This document shows, piece after piece, positions 10,885-21,143 of a DNA stretch of 60,875 nucleotides (its first letter is position 1; the number at the start of each line of letters is the position of its first letter). The notes under the pieces are model-generated. The model did no database searches. It was not told the origin of the DNA and saw only the letters and a list, made by a program, of their open reading frames with translations. The stretch lies in the sequence record SRR20825006_330. One strand, given 5' to 3'. Position numbers and translations under genes: made by a program.

Positions 10885-11107
10885 GTTTTTGACCCCAAAT
10901 ATGAAATAGTTCAGCCCAAATCCTGCGCCACCCATAGCAGTTTGCTTAAATGGTCACAACTAACGATTCGAACTCAGTTTCTATTTCTTTTGGGCCAAAA
11001 GATGAAATCTTGAAATTTTTGTGCCCCTCACCTTTTCATTTGCCACAAAAAGATGAATTGACGATGCACAGATCGTCAATTGTCGGCTCCCTGGTCGAGA
11101 TTGGTAA

Positions 11108-11135
11108 GTGTGGCGTTAGAATATAAACGCCACAC
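11108..11135 (-). terminator. Stem-loop downstream of ldtR
   Basis: GTGTGGCGTT-8 nt-AACGCCACAC perfect 10-bp stem; weak U tract. Confidence 0.5.
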
Positions 11136-11163
11136 ACTTCGACCAATCAGTTTGCAAAAGTGC

Positions 11164-11673
11164 TTAAAGTTTATAGAGAATTTGGTCGACCCAGAAACGC
11201 TCCAAGCGCGCCAATGCTGAGTTCAAGCCTTCAAATTCTTTTTCGTCCAAGCCGCCAACTTCTGCAATTGATTTCAAGTGACGGTCATAAAGCTCGTCGA
11301 TCACTTCAGCCACTTCTTCACCTTTAGGTGTCAAACGGATGCGCACTGAGCGACGGTCGGTTTTCGATTTGGTCTGGAAAATATAACCGGTATCGACCAA
11401 CTTTTTCAGATTGTAAGAAACATTTGATCCCAAATAGTAGCCGCGAGAGCGCAATTCGCCAGCAGTCAGCTCTGAATTGCCTATGTTGAACATCATGATC
11501 GCTTGTACAGGATTAATGTCGTCCCAGCCCATCCGGTCAAACTCGTCTTTAACAAGATCAAGCAAACGACGGTGCAAACGTTCAACGCGTGACACCGCCT
11601 CCAAGTAACGCGGTTTAAGACCTTCTTCTTCAACAGGCGTATGTGCCTGCACTTTCATTGTGTTGATACCCAT
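11164..11673 (-). CDS. ldtR: MarR-family regulator LdtR
   Basis: ERLHRRLLD...ELTAGELRSRGYYLGSNVSYNLKKL signature; synteny with the L,D-transpeptidase and hemB. Confidence 0.9.
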   Translation of the reverse strand: MGINTMKVQAHTPVEEEGLKPRYLEAVSRVERLHRRLLDLVKDEFDRMGWDDINPVQAIMMFNIGNSELTAGELRSRGYYLGSNVSYNLKKLVDTGYIFQTKSKTDRRSVRIRLTPKGEEVAEVIDELYDRHLKSIAEVGGLDEKEFEGLNSALARLERFWVDQILYKL

Positions 11674-11837
11674 TTTAGCCTCACTGTTATTGGTCGCACG
11701 ATTTTTCGTGTCTATGAGGCTAATCTACCGACCAGCAAATAAGATCAGTTTAAAATACAGACTTAAAAATATGTTACTGATAAAATTAGGATTTTTAGCT
11801 TTCTAACTTCTTACCTTAGGTTACGAATTAGAAACCC

Positions 11838-12230
11838 TTACAAATAGTGACCACGCTTTTTATGCGCCCAATTTGCCCATATCAAAAGTGCCGAAATCGC
11901 CAGTAAAACAAGGATTCTGAAGCCGATTTCCACAGGCGAAAATGAGAGAATTTTGGGGGACCAAAAAGCGCCAGCCAGCTCGGTAATATTGGCAATAATT
12001 AGTAAAACACCTCCCCAGGCGGTTAGACTCCATAAACCAACAGCCGCCAGCAATCGCAACAATGCGCATAAAATGATAATGGCGAACGCAATATTTCCTA
12101 ACGCCTCGGCGGGAACATTTACATCTCGGGTGGCGCCAAAATTGTAAAAAATGGCGATCAGGCCATGCGCCATTGCCAAAAGCGCCAATATTCGCGCCAC
12201 AAATGAATATGGTTTGTCCGAAAATGCCAA
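11838..12230 (-). CDS. Small membrane protein (DUF6163-like)
   Basis: Four hydrophobic segments and AAVGLW..AWG motif; lies between ldtR and hemB. Confidence 0.65.
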   Translation of the reverse strand: MAFSDKPYSFVARILALLAMAHGLIAIFYNFGATRDVNVPAEALGNIAFAIIILCALLRLLAAVGLWSLTAWGGVLLIIANITELAGAFWSPKILSFSPVEIGFRILVLLAISALLIWANWAHKKRGHYL

Positions 12231-12390
12231 ATCACTTCCCCCTTAAGCCTTCCAGTGCCATAACCTTTGGCACACGCCGTGGCAAGGTGCCGCATTTTTT
12301 ATCGGTATTTGTGTGTCATGCCATATAGAAGCTGAGTTCAATTTATGCTTTGACTGAACACTTGTCGATATAACGGGCGAAGGAGTCACC

Positions 12391-13407
12391 ATGACACAAT
12401 CCACACGTGAACGAGCCGATTTGGATTTTCTAGCGGGTAAACGCATGCGTCGCACCCGACAAACCGGCTGGAGCCGCGCCATGGTGCAAGAAACAGATTT
12501 GACCACTCGCGACCTGATCCTGCCGCTCTTTATATTAGAAGGTGAAAATCAGCGCGAAAAAATCGCCACTATGCCCGGTGTTGAGCGGTTGAGCATTGAT
12601 TTGGCCATTGAAGTGGCAAAAGAAGCCCGCGACCTTGGCATCCCCGCGTTGGCATTATTCCCCTGCACGCAGAATGATCGGCGCACCGAGGATGGCCGTG
12701 AAAGCTATAATCCGGACAATTTGATGTGTCAGGCGCTGCGCGCCATTAAAAAGGCGGTGCCAGATATAGGTCTGATCGCCGATGTGGCGCTAGACCCTTA
12801 CACAAGCCACGGGCATGACGGGTTGATGGATGGCAAAATCATTCTCAATGATGAAAGCGTAGCGGTATTGATCAAACAGGCACTCAACCAAGCTGCTGCT
12901 GGCGCCGACATTATTGCGCCATCAGATATGATGGACGGGCGCATCGGCGCATTGCGCGAAGCACTAGATGCCGAAGGGTATGAAAATGTCATCCTTTTAT
13001 CTTATGCCGCCAAGTTCGCTTCTGCCTTTTATGGCCCATTCCGCGATGCGGTTGGTTCAGGTGCCCGCTTGAAAGGCGACAAAAAGACTTATCAGCTTGA
13101 ACCGTTCAACCGAGAAGAAGCCCTGCGCGAAGTTGAGCAAGATTTGCTCGAAGCCGCAGACTGGGTGATGGTCAAGCCTGGCATGGCGTATCTCGACATT
13201 GTGCGCGAGGTGAAAGATCGGTTTGAAGTGCCTGTGTTTGCTTACCAGGTGTCCGGTGAATATGCGCAAATCGAATTTGCAGCGGCGGCGGGTGCACTGG
13301 ACCGGGATGGCGCAATGATGGAAAGCTTAATCGCGTTTAAGCGCGCTGGCTGTTCTGGCATCCTCACCTATTTCGCGCTGGACGCAGCGAAGAAGATTCG
13401 TGGCTAA
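12391..13407 (+). CDS. hemB: Porphobilinogen synthase (Mg type, lacking the Zn-binding cysteines)
   Basis: DVALDPYTSHGHDG, APSDMMDGRI, MVKPG and AYQVSGEY motifs. Confidence 0.97.
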   Translation: MTQSTRERADLDFLAGKRMRRTRQTGWSRAMVQETDLTTRDLILPLFILEGENQREKIATMPGVERLSIDLAIEVAKEARDLGIPALALFPCTQNDRRTEDGRESYNPDNLMCQALRAIKKAVPDIGLIADVALDPYTSHGHDGLMDGKIILNDESVAVLIKQALNQAAAGADIIAPSDMMDGRIGALREALDAEGYENVILLSYAAKFASAFYGPFRDAVGSGARLKGDKKTYQLEPFNREEALREVEQDLLEAADWVMVKPGMAYLDIVREVKDRFEVPVFAYQVSGEYAQIEFAAAAGALDRDGAMMESLIAFKRAGCSGILTYFALDAAKKIRG

Positions 13408-13418
13408 ATGAGAATAAT

Positions 13419-13446
13419 AAAATGGCGGGGAAATCCCCGCCATTTT
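13419..13446. terminator. Bidirectional terminator
   Basis: AAAATGGCGGGG-AAAT-CCCCGCCATTTT between convergent genes. Confidence 0.8.
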
Positions 13447-13449
13447 TAT

Positions 13450-13704
13450 TTATGCCTTTTTGATGAGGCTGATGACGAACAGTAAGATCACCGCGCCAAT
13501 TGTTGCATTTATGATCGAGGCGATGATGCCCCCACCAATTGCGATGCCGACCATTGGCAATAGATAGCCAGCGATCACCGCACCCAAAATGCCCACAACA
13601 ATGTTGCCAATGAGCCCGAAGCCGAATCCTTTTACGATTAGACCTGCAAGCCAACCTGCAACCGCCCCGATGAGGAGCAAAATCAACAAGCTTCCAATAT
13701 CCAT
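13450..13704 (-). CDS. GlsB/YeaQ/YmgE family (transglycosylase-associated) membrane protein
   Basis: IGAVAGWLAGLIVKG.GFGLIGNIVVGILGA; AGGAGG RBS. Confidence 0.9.
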   Translation of the reverse strand: MDIGSLLILLLIGAVAGWLAGLIVKGFGFGLIGNIVVGILGAVIAGYLLPMVGIAIGGGIIASIINATIGAVILLFVISLIKKA

Positions 13705-13834
13705 AAATTCCCTCCTTGTTAACAAGATCAGTTTGTCAGTCCTAAAAGAAACTGTCGAGCCTTACTATAAGTTCCCCTTGTAATTCATCTATTTGTTGCC
13801 ATCTTAAAATGAACGGGACTGTGGAGACCTTATT

Positions 13835-14377
13835 ATGGGAAAGAATTCATTTGGTTGGTTTGTGCGAGACGATTTGCCAGACCCACATTCAGCGCCAGAG
13901 CTTTTTGACGGTGTGTTGCTGCGCCGTATTTTGGCTTTTGTCATTGATTTGATTGTTGTGACGATTTTGATCGTCATCGCTTCTGTTTTGTTGGGCATTC
14001 TTGGGGTGTTGACCCTTGGCATTGCTTGGCTAGGGTATTTCATTTTGGTGCCGGGCGTTTGGATCGGCTATTATGCGCTCACCTTGGGCACATCAGTGCG
14101 GGCAACTTTGGGCATGCAGATGATGGACATTGTGCTTACCCCGACCCGCGCAACCCCGCTGGAAGGTTGGTTGGCCATTCTTCACCCGATTGTGGGCTGG
14201 GTCAGCATCACCTTGTTTACACCTTTTATCTTGTTGGCCGGGCTGTTCACCGCGCGCCGCCAATTGGTGCATGATTTGGTGGTAGGCACATTAATGGTGC
14301 GCCGTTCACCCATGGATCGTTTTTGGCATAGCGAATATGAAAATTACGAAGCCCCTTGGGTTGATGTTGGCCGGTAA
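13835..14377 (+). CDS. RDD family membrane protein
   Basis: RRILAFVID, ATLGM and LVHDLVVGT motifs. Confidence 0.88.
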   Translation: MGKNSFGWFVRDDLPDPHSAPELFDGVLLRRILAFVIDLIVVTILIVIASVLLGILGVLTLGIAWLGYFILVPGVWIGYYALTLGTSVRATLGMQMMDIVLTPTRATPLEGWLAILHPIVGWVSITLFTPFILLAGLFTARRQLVHDLVVGTLMVRRSPMDRFWHSEYENYEAPWVDVGR

Positions 14378-14456
14378 GAATTTTTATTGAAGAAAGTTCT
14401 TAATTTAAAGAAATAAGACTTGGTGGCGCAGTGATTTAGCGGCAAAATGCGCCACT

Positions 14457-16286
14457 ATGATAGACACTATTCTCCAAGCGGGCATGCTTTCGATGCCTGT
14501 GGCCATGTGGTTGACCATTGCCGTGATTCTCGCGGCCATTGTGCTATTTGCCACTGAACTGGTTAGCCTAGAAATTGTTTCGCTTGGGGTTTTGGTGTTG
14601 CTGATGGCCATTGGCCTGTTGGCACCTGAGACCAATCTCACAACTGAAAGTTTGCTTTCCGGATTTGCCAATCCCGCTTTGTTGACCATCATTGCGTTGT
14701 TGGTGATCGGGCAAGCGCTTTTCCAAACAGATGCGCTGGGTGGAATCACCAAGGCATTTGAGCGACTTTGGCCGCGTCACCCTTCTCGCGTTATCCCGAT
14801 CATCTTGTTGATTGCCGGCATTTCAAGCGCAGTGATCAACAACACACCTGTTGTGGTGATGTTTATCCCGCTTTTGACCGCAGTTGCGGCCCGCCGAAAG
14901 TTGGCAACGCCCAAGATCATGATGCCGCTCAGCTTTATTTCAATCCTTGGTGGCATGACCACTTTGATTGGTTCGTCCACCAACTTGCTGGCAGCCGGCA
15001 TTGCGCTCGGCTATGGCGTCACCATTGATTTCTTCGCCTTTACTGTACCCGGCACAATTATGGCGGGCGTTGGTGCGCTTTATGTTATCTTTTTGATGCC
15101 GCGTATCCTACCCAGCCGGATGAACGAAAAGGGCCAGGAAGTTCAGGCCCGCAATCTGCAATTCATCACCGAAATTCGCCTTTATGAAGGGCACCCGCTA
15201 ATCGGCGAAAAAACCGTGGCGGGCATGTTTCCTAAATTCACCAAAATGACGGTGCGCGCTGTGATGCGTGGATATGAGCGGTATGTGCCGCCCTTCGAAG
15301 ATTTGACACTGCGCACGGGCGACGTGTTGATTTTGGCCGCAACGCGGGATCAGTTGACCGACGCGCTAAAAGAATGGCGCGCGTTCGACAATCCACGCAT
15401 TTCTGAAGATCAGGACGGCCCGACGGACCATGGCATTGTTTTGTGTGAAGCATTGGTGCCTCCCGGCTCTCGTTTGATCAACAACGGCATTGATCAGCGT
15501 GGCTTCCTTTCTCAGCATGGCTGTTTGATTTTGGGCATTGAGCGCCGCAGCCGCATGCCGCGCGAAAGCCTTTCTGAAATCCGCTTAGACGCGGGTGATG
15601 TGTTGTTGATTGCTGGTCGCTCAAGCGCCATCAACAATTTGCGCGGGCAGCAAGATGTGGTGGTGATCGAATGGAGCGCCTCCGAAGTGCGCCCGCACCG
15701 TTTTGCCTCGCGCGCACAGCTTATTTTCGCCGCAACGGTTGCCGCCATTGCCACAGGCATGGTGCCCATCGTGTTTGCGGCCATCGCGGGTGCATTCGGC
15801 ATGCTGGCTGGCGGCTGCTTAAATGTGCGGCAAGCCACGCGTGCGATTGATCGACGTATTTTCTTGCTGGTGGGATCGGCTATTGCCATGTCCACCGCGC
15901 TGGAAACCACGGGCGGTGCCACCATGATAGCGGATTGGACAGCTATGGCCCTTTCCAATGTCAGCCCTGCGATGGTGATGTCGCTGATCTTCTTGATTGT
16001 GGCGGTGCTCACCAACTTCTTGTCTAACAATGCAACAGCGGTGCTGTTCACCCCGATTGCCATTTCCACGGCGCAAGCGTTCGGCATTGATCCGTTGCCA
16101 TTTGTCATTGCGGTGATTTTGGGCGCGAATGCGAGTTTTGCGACCCCGATTGGCTATCAAACCAACTTGTTGGTCATGGGGCCCGGCCACTATCGGTTCA
16201 AGCATTTCTTCATCGCAGGCATTCCGCTTATCGTGATTGTTTGGTTGGTGTTCAGCATTGTTGCGCCAATCTATTATGGCGTTTAG
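14457..16286 (+). CDS. SLC13/DASS family permease with TrkA-C domains
   Basis: INNTPVV, LGGMTTLIGSSTNLL, LSNNATAVL and FATPIGYQTN motifs. Confidence 0.9.
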   Translation: MIDTILQAGMLSMPVAMWLTIAVILAAIVLFATELVSLEIVSLGVLVLLMAIGLLAPETNLTTESLLSGFANPALLTIIALLVIGQALFQTDALGGITKAFERLWPRHPSRVIPIILLIAGISSAVINNTPVVVMFIPLLTAVAARRKLATPKIMMPLSFISILGGMTTLIGSSTNLLAAGIALGYGVTIDFFAFTVPGTIMAGVGALYVIFLMPRILPSRMNEKGQEVQARNLQFITEIRLYEGHPLIGEKTVAGMFPKFTKMTVRAVMRGYERYVPPFEDLTLRTGDVLILAATRDQLTDALKEWRAFDNPRISEDQDGPTDHGIVLCEALVPPGSRLINNGIDQRGFLSQHGCLILGIERRSRMPRESLSEIRLDAGDVLLIAGRSSAINNLRGQQDVVVIEWSASEVRPHRFASRAQLIFAATVAAIATGMVPIVFAAIAGAFGMLAGGCLNVRQATRAIDRRIFLLVGSAIAMSTALETTGGATMIADWTAMALSNVSPAMVMSLIFLIVAVLTNFLSNNATAVLFTPIAISTAQAFGIDPLPFVIAVILGANASFATPIGYQTNLLVMGPGHYRFKHFFIAGIPLIVIVWLVFSIVAPIYYGV

Positions 16287-16324
16287 ACTAAATTTCGACA
16301 CACCAACAAAACAAGGTCCGGACG

Positions 16325-17065
16325 ATGACAGAACATCGCACCGCTGAACTTCAGTTCTATCTGACCACGGACAGCCCCTGCCCCTATCTTCCAAACCGGA
16401 CAGAGCGCAAAGTGTTCACCCATTTGGGTGGTCGTCGCGCTGCGGAAGTGCATGATTTATTGTCACTTCATGGATTTCGGCGCAGCCAAAACATTGTCTA
16501 TAAACCTGCCTGCCAAGGCTGCACAGCCTGTCAAAGCGCTCGGGTTATTGTGGACGAGTTTGATCCGAACGCACGGCAGCGGCGCATTTTGCGCAAAAAC
16601 GCTGACTTAAGCTCACAGGATGTATTCCCCGCTGCCACGCGTGAGCAATATCGGCTGTTCCGCAAATATCTCAATGCGCGCCATGCGGGCGGCGGCATGT
16701 CGGATATGTCGGCCTTTGACTATGAATATATGATCGAAGATACGCCGGTGCACACCATTGTTGTAGAATATCGCAAGCGATCTTTGGACGCAGATCAAAT
16801 CAATCCGTTGCTGGCGGTTGCCTTGGTAGATGTGCTGCCTGATGGCCTTTCCATGGTCTACAGTTTCTTTGACCCTGAAGCCAATAAACGCAGTTTGGGC
16901 GCTTACATGATTCTTGATCAGATTAGTCGCGCCAAAGCTGCAGGTTTGCCGCATCTTTATTTGGGATATTGGGTCAAAAACTCGCCCAAAATGGCATATA
17001 AAGCAGAATATACTCCGCTGGAAGTGTTGACCGATGCTGACCGCTGGGTGCCGCTGGAAGACTAA
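16325..17065 (+). CDS. bpt: Aspartate/glutamate leucyltransferase (Bpt; arginyltransferase family)
   Basis: PCPYLP, GFRRSQ, CxxCxxC, LSMVYSFFDP, YLGYWV and KMAYK motifs. Confidence 0.9.
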   Translation: MTEHRTAELQFYLTTDSPCPYLPNRTERKVFTHLGGRRAAEVHDLLSLHGFRRSQNIVYKPACQGCTACQSARVIVDEFDPNARQRRILRKNADLSSQDVFPAATREQYRLFRKYLNARHAGGGMSDMSAFDYEYMIEDTPVHTIVVEYRKRSLDADQINPLLAVALVDVLPDGLSMVYSFFDPEANKRSLGAYMILDQISRAKAAGLPHLYLGYWVKNSPKMAYKAEYTPLEVLTDADRWVPLED

Positions 17066-17091
17066 TCTTCCCGATAAATGATGAGGATTCT

Positions 17092-18093
17092 ATGGGCAAA
17101 GCGCTGACTAGCCTGATTATTTTTGGCTTTTCTGCTGCGGCGGGCTTTTTTGCTTTGTCCGCCATTGTCGGCTTTTTGGGATTCGCTTTTTGGCCATTTG
17201 ATATTTTCAATCATTTGCAACCTATCTGGTTGATCGGCAGTTTGGGCTGCTTGCTGCTGTCACCATTGTTGCTTCGTCGCCAACCAGTTCGCGGCTTTAT
17301 CATCGCCATCAGCGCGACTGGTTTTTTGGCGGCAACTTCGGTGGTTTTGCCAGAATTTCTTGCTGGTGTGCGGCAAGAAAAACCACAGATCGACACCGAA
17401 AAAAGCCTTCGGCTAATGACGTTCAACATCTATGCAAAAAATGATGATTTGAACGCGCTGGCGCTAAGTGTGCTCGAAGTCGACCCAGATATTGTGGTGT
17501 TTCAAGAGTTTTGGCGCTGGCACCGCGCCGGACTTGAAGAACGCTTGACCGAAACCTACCCATATACTTTGCATTGCCAAGGCGGGCGCCGATCCTTTGT
17601 GGCGCTCTATGCGAAAATTCCATTTGCCCCACAGCCGGGCAATGATTGCTTGGACAGCTTGGCAGCGAACCAACGGACCTCCATCATTTCAGTGAAGTTT
17701 CCCGCAACGGAAACCCATGAAAGCTTTAGCGTGGTCACCACCCATTTTGATTGGCCGGTGCCGATTGAACGGCAGCGCGAGCAGGTAGATGTTTTTGTGG
17801 CGGCGCTTAAACAAGTTCAGGGACCAATGTTGGTGGCGGGCGATTTTAACTCGACGCCCTATTCTTATTCCTTAAAAGGTTTGATTGAACGTGCCTCGCT
17901 TGAGCGGGTTGCGAAGGGCATACCCACTTGGCCTGCGCCGCCAACCTATCCCGTTCCGATGCCCGCATGGTTACAGTTGGATCAATTGATGAGTCGCGGC
18001 GGCGTGGTTGCGACGCCTGCCCGTAAAGGGCCAAGCGGAGGTTCGGACCATTATCCGCTTTATACAGACTTCATCATTCAGACTGAGAATTAA
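17092..18093 (+). CDS. Membrane-anchored endonuclease/exonuclease/phosphatase family protein
   Basis: Three N-terminal TM segments; MTFNI, DIVVFQE, AGDFNS and GSDHYP motifs. Confidence 0.88.
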   Translation: MGKALTSLIIFGFSAAAGFFALSAIVGFLGFAFWPFDIFNHLQPIWLIGSLGCLLLSPLLLRRQPVRGFIIAISATGFLAATSVVLPEFLAGVRQEKPQIDTEKSLRLMTFNIYAKNDDLNALALSVLEVDPDIVVFQEFWRWHRAGLEERLTETYPYTLHCQGGRRSFVALYAKIPFAPQPGNDCLDSLAANQRTSIISVKFPATETHESFSVVTTHFDWPVPIERQREQVDVFVAALKQVQGPMLVAGDFNSTPYSYSLKGLIERASLERVAKGIPTWPAPPTYPVPMPAWLQLDQLMSRGGVVATPARKGPSGGSDHYPLYTDFIIQTEN

Positions 18094-18122
18094 AAAATCC
18101 CCGCGCGATGCACGGGGATTTT
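18094..18122. terminator. Bidirectional terminator between the EEP gene and parC
   Basis: AAAATCCCCG...CGGGGATTTT. Confidence 0.75.
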
Positions 18123-18128
18123 CAATCA

Positions 18129-20375
18129 CTAACCCTTGAACTTATTGTTCCGTGGGAAGCCTGGCGGTGGCTGACGACCTGCATGGGCCCGTTCGCCATG
18201 CCATTCCATCAGCTCATCAGATTCACGCTTGTAAGTGCGGCCTGAACTGTCGGTCCACGTGAGCCCCTCTTCTCTATTGAAGGTTTTCACGTCTGACACG
18301 CCGCCATCTTTATAGCGTTGCAAGCGCACACCTTTACCGCGGCCCATTTCGGGCAACTGATCCAGCGGGAACACCAGAAGTTTCCGGTTTTGCCCGATCA
18401 CAGCGACCATGTCACCTTCAATCCGTGCAAAGATCTTTGCTTCGACTTTGCCGGAAACATTAAGCACCTGCTTGCCTTTGCGTGTATTCGCGATCAGCCC
18501 ATCTTCCGGCACGATAAAGCCATTGCCCAAATCAGATGCGATCAAACGCTTAGCGCCAGCTTTATACACAACCAGATCAACAATATCGGTGCCTTCGTCC
18601 ATATCCACCAAGATACGCACAGGCTCACCATGACCGCGACCACCGGGCAATTTATCGCCCAAAATGGTGTAGATACGGCCATTGGTGGACAGCATCAGCA
18701 ATTTATCGGTGGTTTGTGCGTGTGCCCACAATTTCAGCTTATCGCCTGTTTTAAAGGTCACTGAACTGAGGTCAGTTGTGTGACCTTTAAGCGCTCTGAT
18801 CCAACCTTTTTCTGACAAGATCACCGTGATCGGCTCGCGCTCAATCATTGCGGTTTGAATGTCGTCCAAATTGGCTTCCGGCGCATTTTCAAATGTGGTG
18901 CGGCGTGCACCCATTTTTGTGTCTTTGCCGAATTCTTTTTTGATCTCCCTCACCTGATCCGCAACAACTTCCCATTGCTTATCAGTGGAGCCCAACAATT
19001 CAACCAGCCCAGCTTTTTCTTCGCTTAGCTTGTCGAACTCTTTGCGAATTTCAAATTCTTCCAGTTTGCGCAACGCCCGCAAGCGCATGTTCAAAATGGC
19101 TTCGGCCTGCACTTCATTCAATTCAAAGCGCTTCATCAAAGCCGCTTTGGCATCATCCTCTTCCCGGATGATGTGAATGACCTCATCAATATTGAGATAG
19201 GCGATCAAATAGCCGCCAAGTACGTTCAAGCGGTGTTCGATTTGGCCTAGGCGATAGTTAGATCGACGAACCAAAACTTCCTTCCGGTGTTCCAACCAAG
19301 AAAGCAGCGCCTCGCCCAACCCCATCACTTTGGGCACTGTGCCATGGGCCAAAACGTTCATATTGAGCGAAATCCGGCTCTCCAAATCGGTGAGCTTAAA
19401 CAAGGATTCCATCAACAGCACAGGATCAACTGTGCGGCTTTTCGGCTCCAACACCAAACGGATATTTTCGTCAGATTCGTCTCGCACATCGCGCAAAAGC
19501 GGCAGCTTTTTCGCCAGCAGCAAATCTGCAATTTTTTCCACCAAGCGAGATTTTTGCACCTGATAAGGAATTTCGGTCACAACGATCTGATAGCCGCCCC
19601 GGCCCTGATCTTCCGTTTCCCAGCGCGCACGACAGCGGAATCCGCCTCGGCCCGTTTCATAGGCTTGGATGATGGTTTCGCGATCATCCACCAAAATACC
19701 GCCCGTTGGAAAGTCTGGGCCTTGCACATAATTCACAAGTGTTTCAGTGCGTGCATTTGGTGTTTTGATCAAATGCAGCGCTGCATCGCACAATTCAGCA
19801 ACATTGTGCGGCGGGATGGATGTGGCCATGCCCACTGCAATGCCTGAAGAACCGTTGGCCAACAGATTCGGGAAGTTGGACGGCAAAACGATGGGTTCTT
19901 CATCTTCCCCATCATAGGTTTCACGGAAATCGACGGCATCTTCTGTGATGCCTTCTAAAAGTCGCGCTGCAACACTGGTCAGCCGCGCCTCTGTGTACCG
20001 CATCGCCGCAGCACTATCGCCATCGATATTGCCGAAGTTGCCTTGCCCATCTGCCAGCGGATAACGCACCGCAAAATCCTGCGCCAAGCGCACCAATGCG
20101 TCATAAACAGCCTGGTCGCCGTGGGGGTGGAATTTACCGATCACATCACCAACCACACGGGCAGACTTTTTGTATCCTTGGCCAGGATCAAGCTTCAGCA
20201 AGCGCATGGCGTGCAGAATGCGCCGATGCACCGGCTTCAAGCCGTCGCGCACATCGGGCAAGGCCCGCTGGGTAATGGTGGACAGCGCATAGCTCAAATA
20301 GCGTTCTTCAAGCGCACCGCGCAAATCGATTGTTGGCAGCTCGCCGCCGCCATCAACAGGCGTTTGATCTCCCAT
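18129..20375 (-). CDS. parC: DNA topoisomerase IV subunit A
   Basis: [21 protein letters not shown] and [10 protein letters not shown] motifs; 748 aa; no GyrA box seen. Confidence 0.96.
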   Translation of the reverse strand: MGDQTPVDGGGELPTIDLRGALEERYLSYALSTITQRALPDVRDGLKPVHRRILHAMRLLKLDPGQGYKKSARVVGDVIGKFHPHGDQAVYDALVRLAQDFAVRYPLADGQGNFGNIDGDSAAAMRYTEARLTSVAARLLEGITEDAVDFRETYDGEDEEPIVLPSNFPNLLANGSSGIAVGMATSIPPHNVAELCDAALHLIKTPNARTETLVNYVQGPDFPTGGILVDDRETIIQAYETGRGGFRCRARWETEDQGRGGYQIVVTEIPYQVQKSRLVEKIADLLLAKKLPLLRDVRDESDENIRLVLEPKSRTVDPVLLMESLFKLTDLESRISLNMNVLAHGTVPKVMGLGEALLSWLEHRKEVLVRRSNYRLGQIEHRLNVLGGYLIAYLNIDEVIHIIREEDDAKAALMKRFELNEVQAEAILNMRLRALRKLEEFEIRKEFDKLSEEKAGLVELLGSTDKQWEVVADQVREIKKEFGKDTKMGARRTTFENAPEANLDDIQTAMIEREPITVILSEKGWIRALKGHTTDLSSVTFKTGDKLKLWAHAQTTDKLLMLSTNGRIYTILGDKLPGGRGHGEPVRILVDMDEGTDIVDLVVYKAGAKRLIASDLGNGFIVPEDGLIANTRKGKQVLNVSGKVEAKIFARIEGDMVAVIGQNRKLLVFPLDQLPEMGRGKGVRLQRYKDGGVSDVKTFNREEGLTWTDSSGRTYKRESDELMEWHGERAHAGRQPPPGFPRNNKFKG

Positions 20376-20413
20376 GGGGATCCCTTTGGTTTAGTCGTTC
20401 CGAATCACTTTGA

Positions 20414-21136
20414 TTATAGCGCCTTTACCAAGCCTTCGATGAGGGCCTGACGCATAGAAGGTGGGGATAATTGCCGTGGAGACCAAATATGTAGGTGTAA
20501 AAAGTGTCCGGTGAGCCGAAAAGCGGCGTCTATGGCTTCGGCCGCGCCCATTTTCAGGCTCCCTCCAAGCATTTCCGGCAGGGCAAACAGCTTGTCCTTA
20601 TAGGCTTCGCCGGCTTCTTTGGTTACTGCGCGACCAGTGCGCGGCGACACATAGCAAAGCCCCTTTTCTTCCCCCGTAATCGCGCAGGCGGAAACATCAA
20701 TACCGAAACCAAGCTCGTTCAATAGCCGCATTTCGAATCTAGCCAAAGCGCGCGCCAAGGTTTCACCGTCCGCATCATTGTCGTGCATAGCTAAGGCTTC
20801 TGCATATAGCCGCGGATGTGGGTCACGTTCAGGCAATAGCCGCATATGCTCGCAAAGCAACTGGCTGAGCGCTAAACGTTGGCGGCTTTCCATCAGGCTG
20901 GCTGCGCGCAATTTCATCGCCTCAACGGTGAACATGCCCAAATGGTCGGCCAGTCTCGCCCGCCACACAAGTTGAACCGAGTTGCCGGGTTGCAGCAATG
21001 CAGCATATTTGCGCGAGCGGCCACCTTTCACCAGTCCTAAATGGCGACCATGTTCGGCTGTCATGGTTTCAATGATCACAGCATTCTCCCCGTGCCTACG
21101 GGTGCCGATGATTAAACCTTCAGCCTGCCATTCCAT
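20414..21136 (-). CDS. recO: DNA repair protein RecO
   Basis: MEW...HGE...LQPGN, LPERDPHP and YVSPRTGRAV motifs; downstream of era. Confidence 0.93.
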   Translation of the reverse strand: MEWQAEGLIIGTRRHGENAVIIETMTAEHGRHLGLVKGGRSRKYAALLQPGNSVQLVWRARLADHLGMFTVEAMKLRAASLMESRQRLALSQLLCEHMRLLPERDPHPRLYAEALAMHDNDADGETLARALARFEMRLLNELGFGIDVSACAITGEEKGLCYVSPRTGRAVTKEAGEAYKDKLFALPEMLGGSLKMGAAEAIDAAFRLTGHFLHLHIWSPRQLSPPSMRQALIEGLVKAL

Positions 21137-21143
21137 TTTGTGC

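Noticed and set aside
11745-11770. CtrA box upstream of ldtR, and a weak one upstream of slt near 30440-30460
   Set aside because: The spacing is TTAA-N9-TTAA rather than N7, and the slt-proximal match is too degenerate to call.
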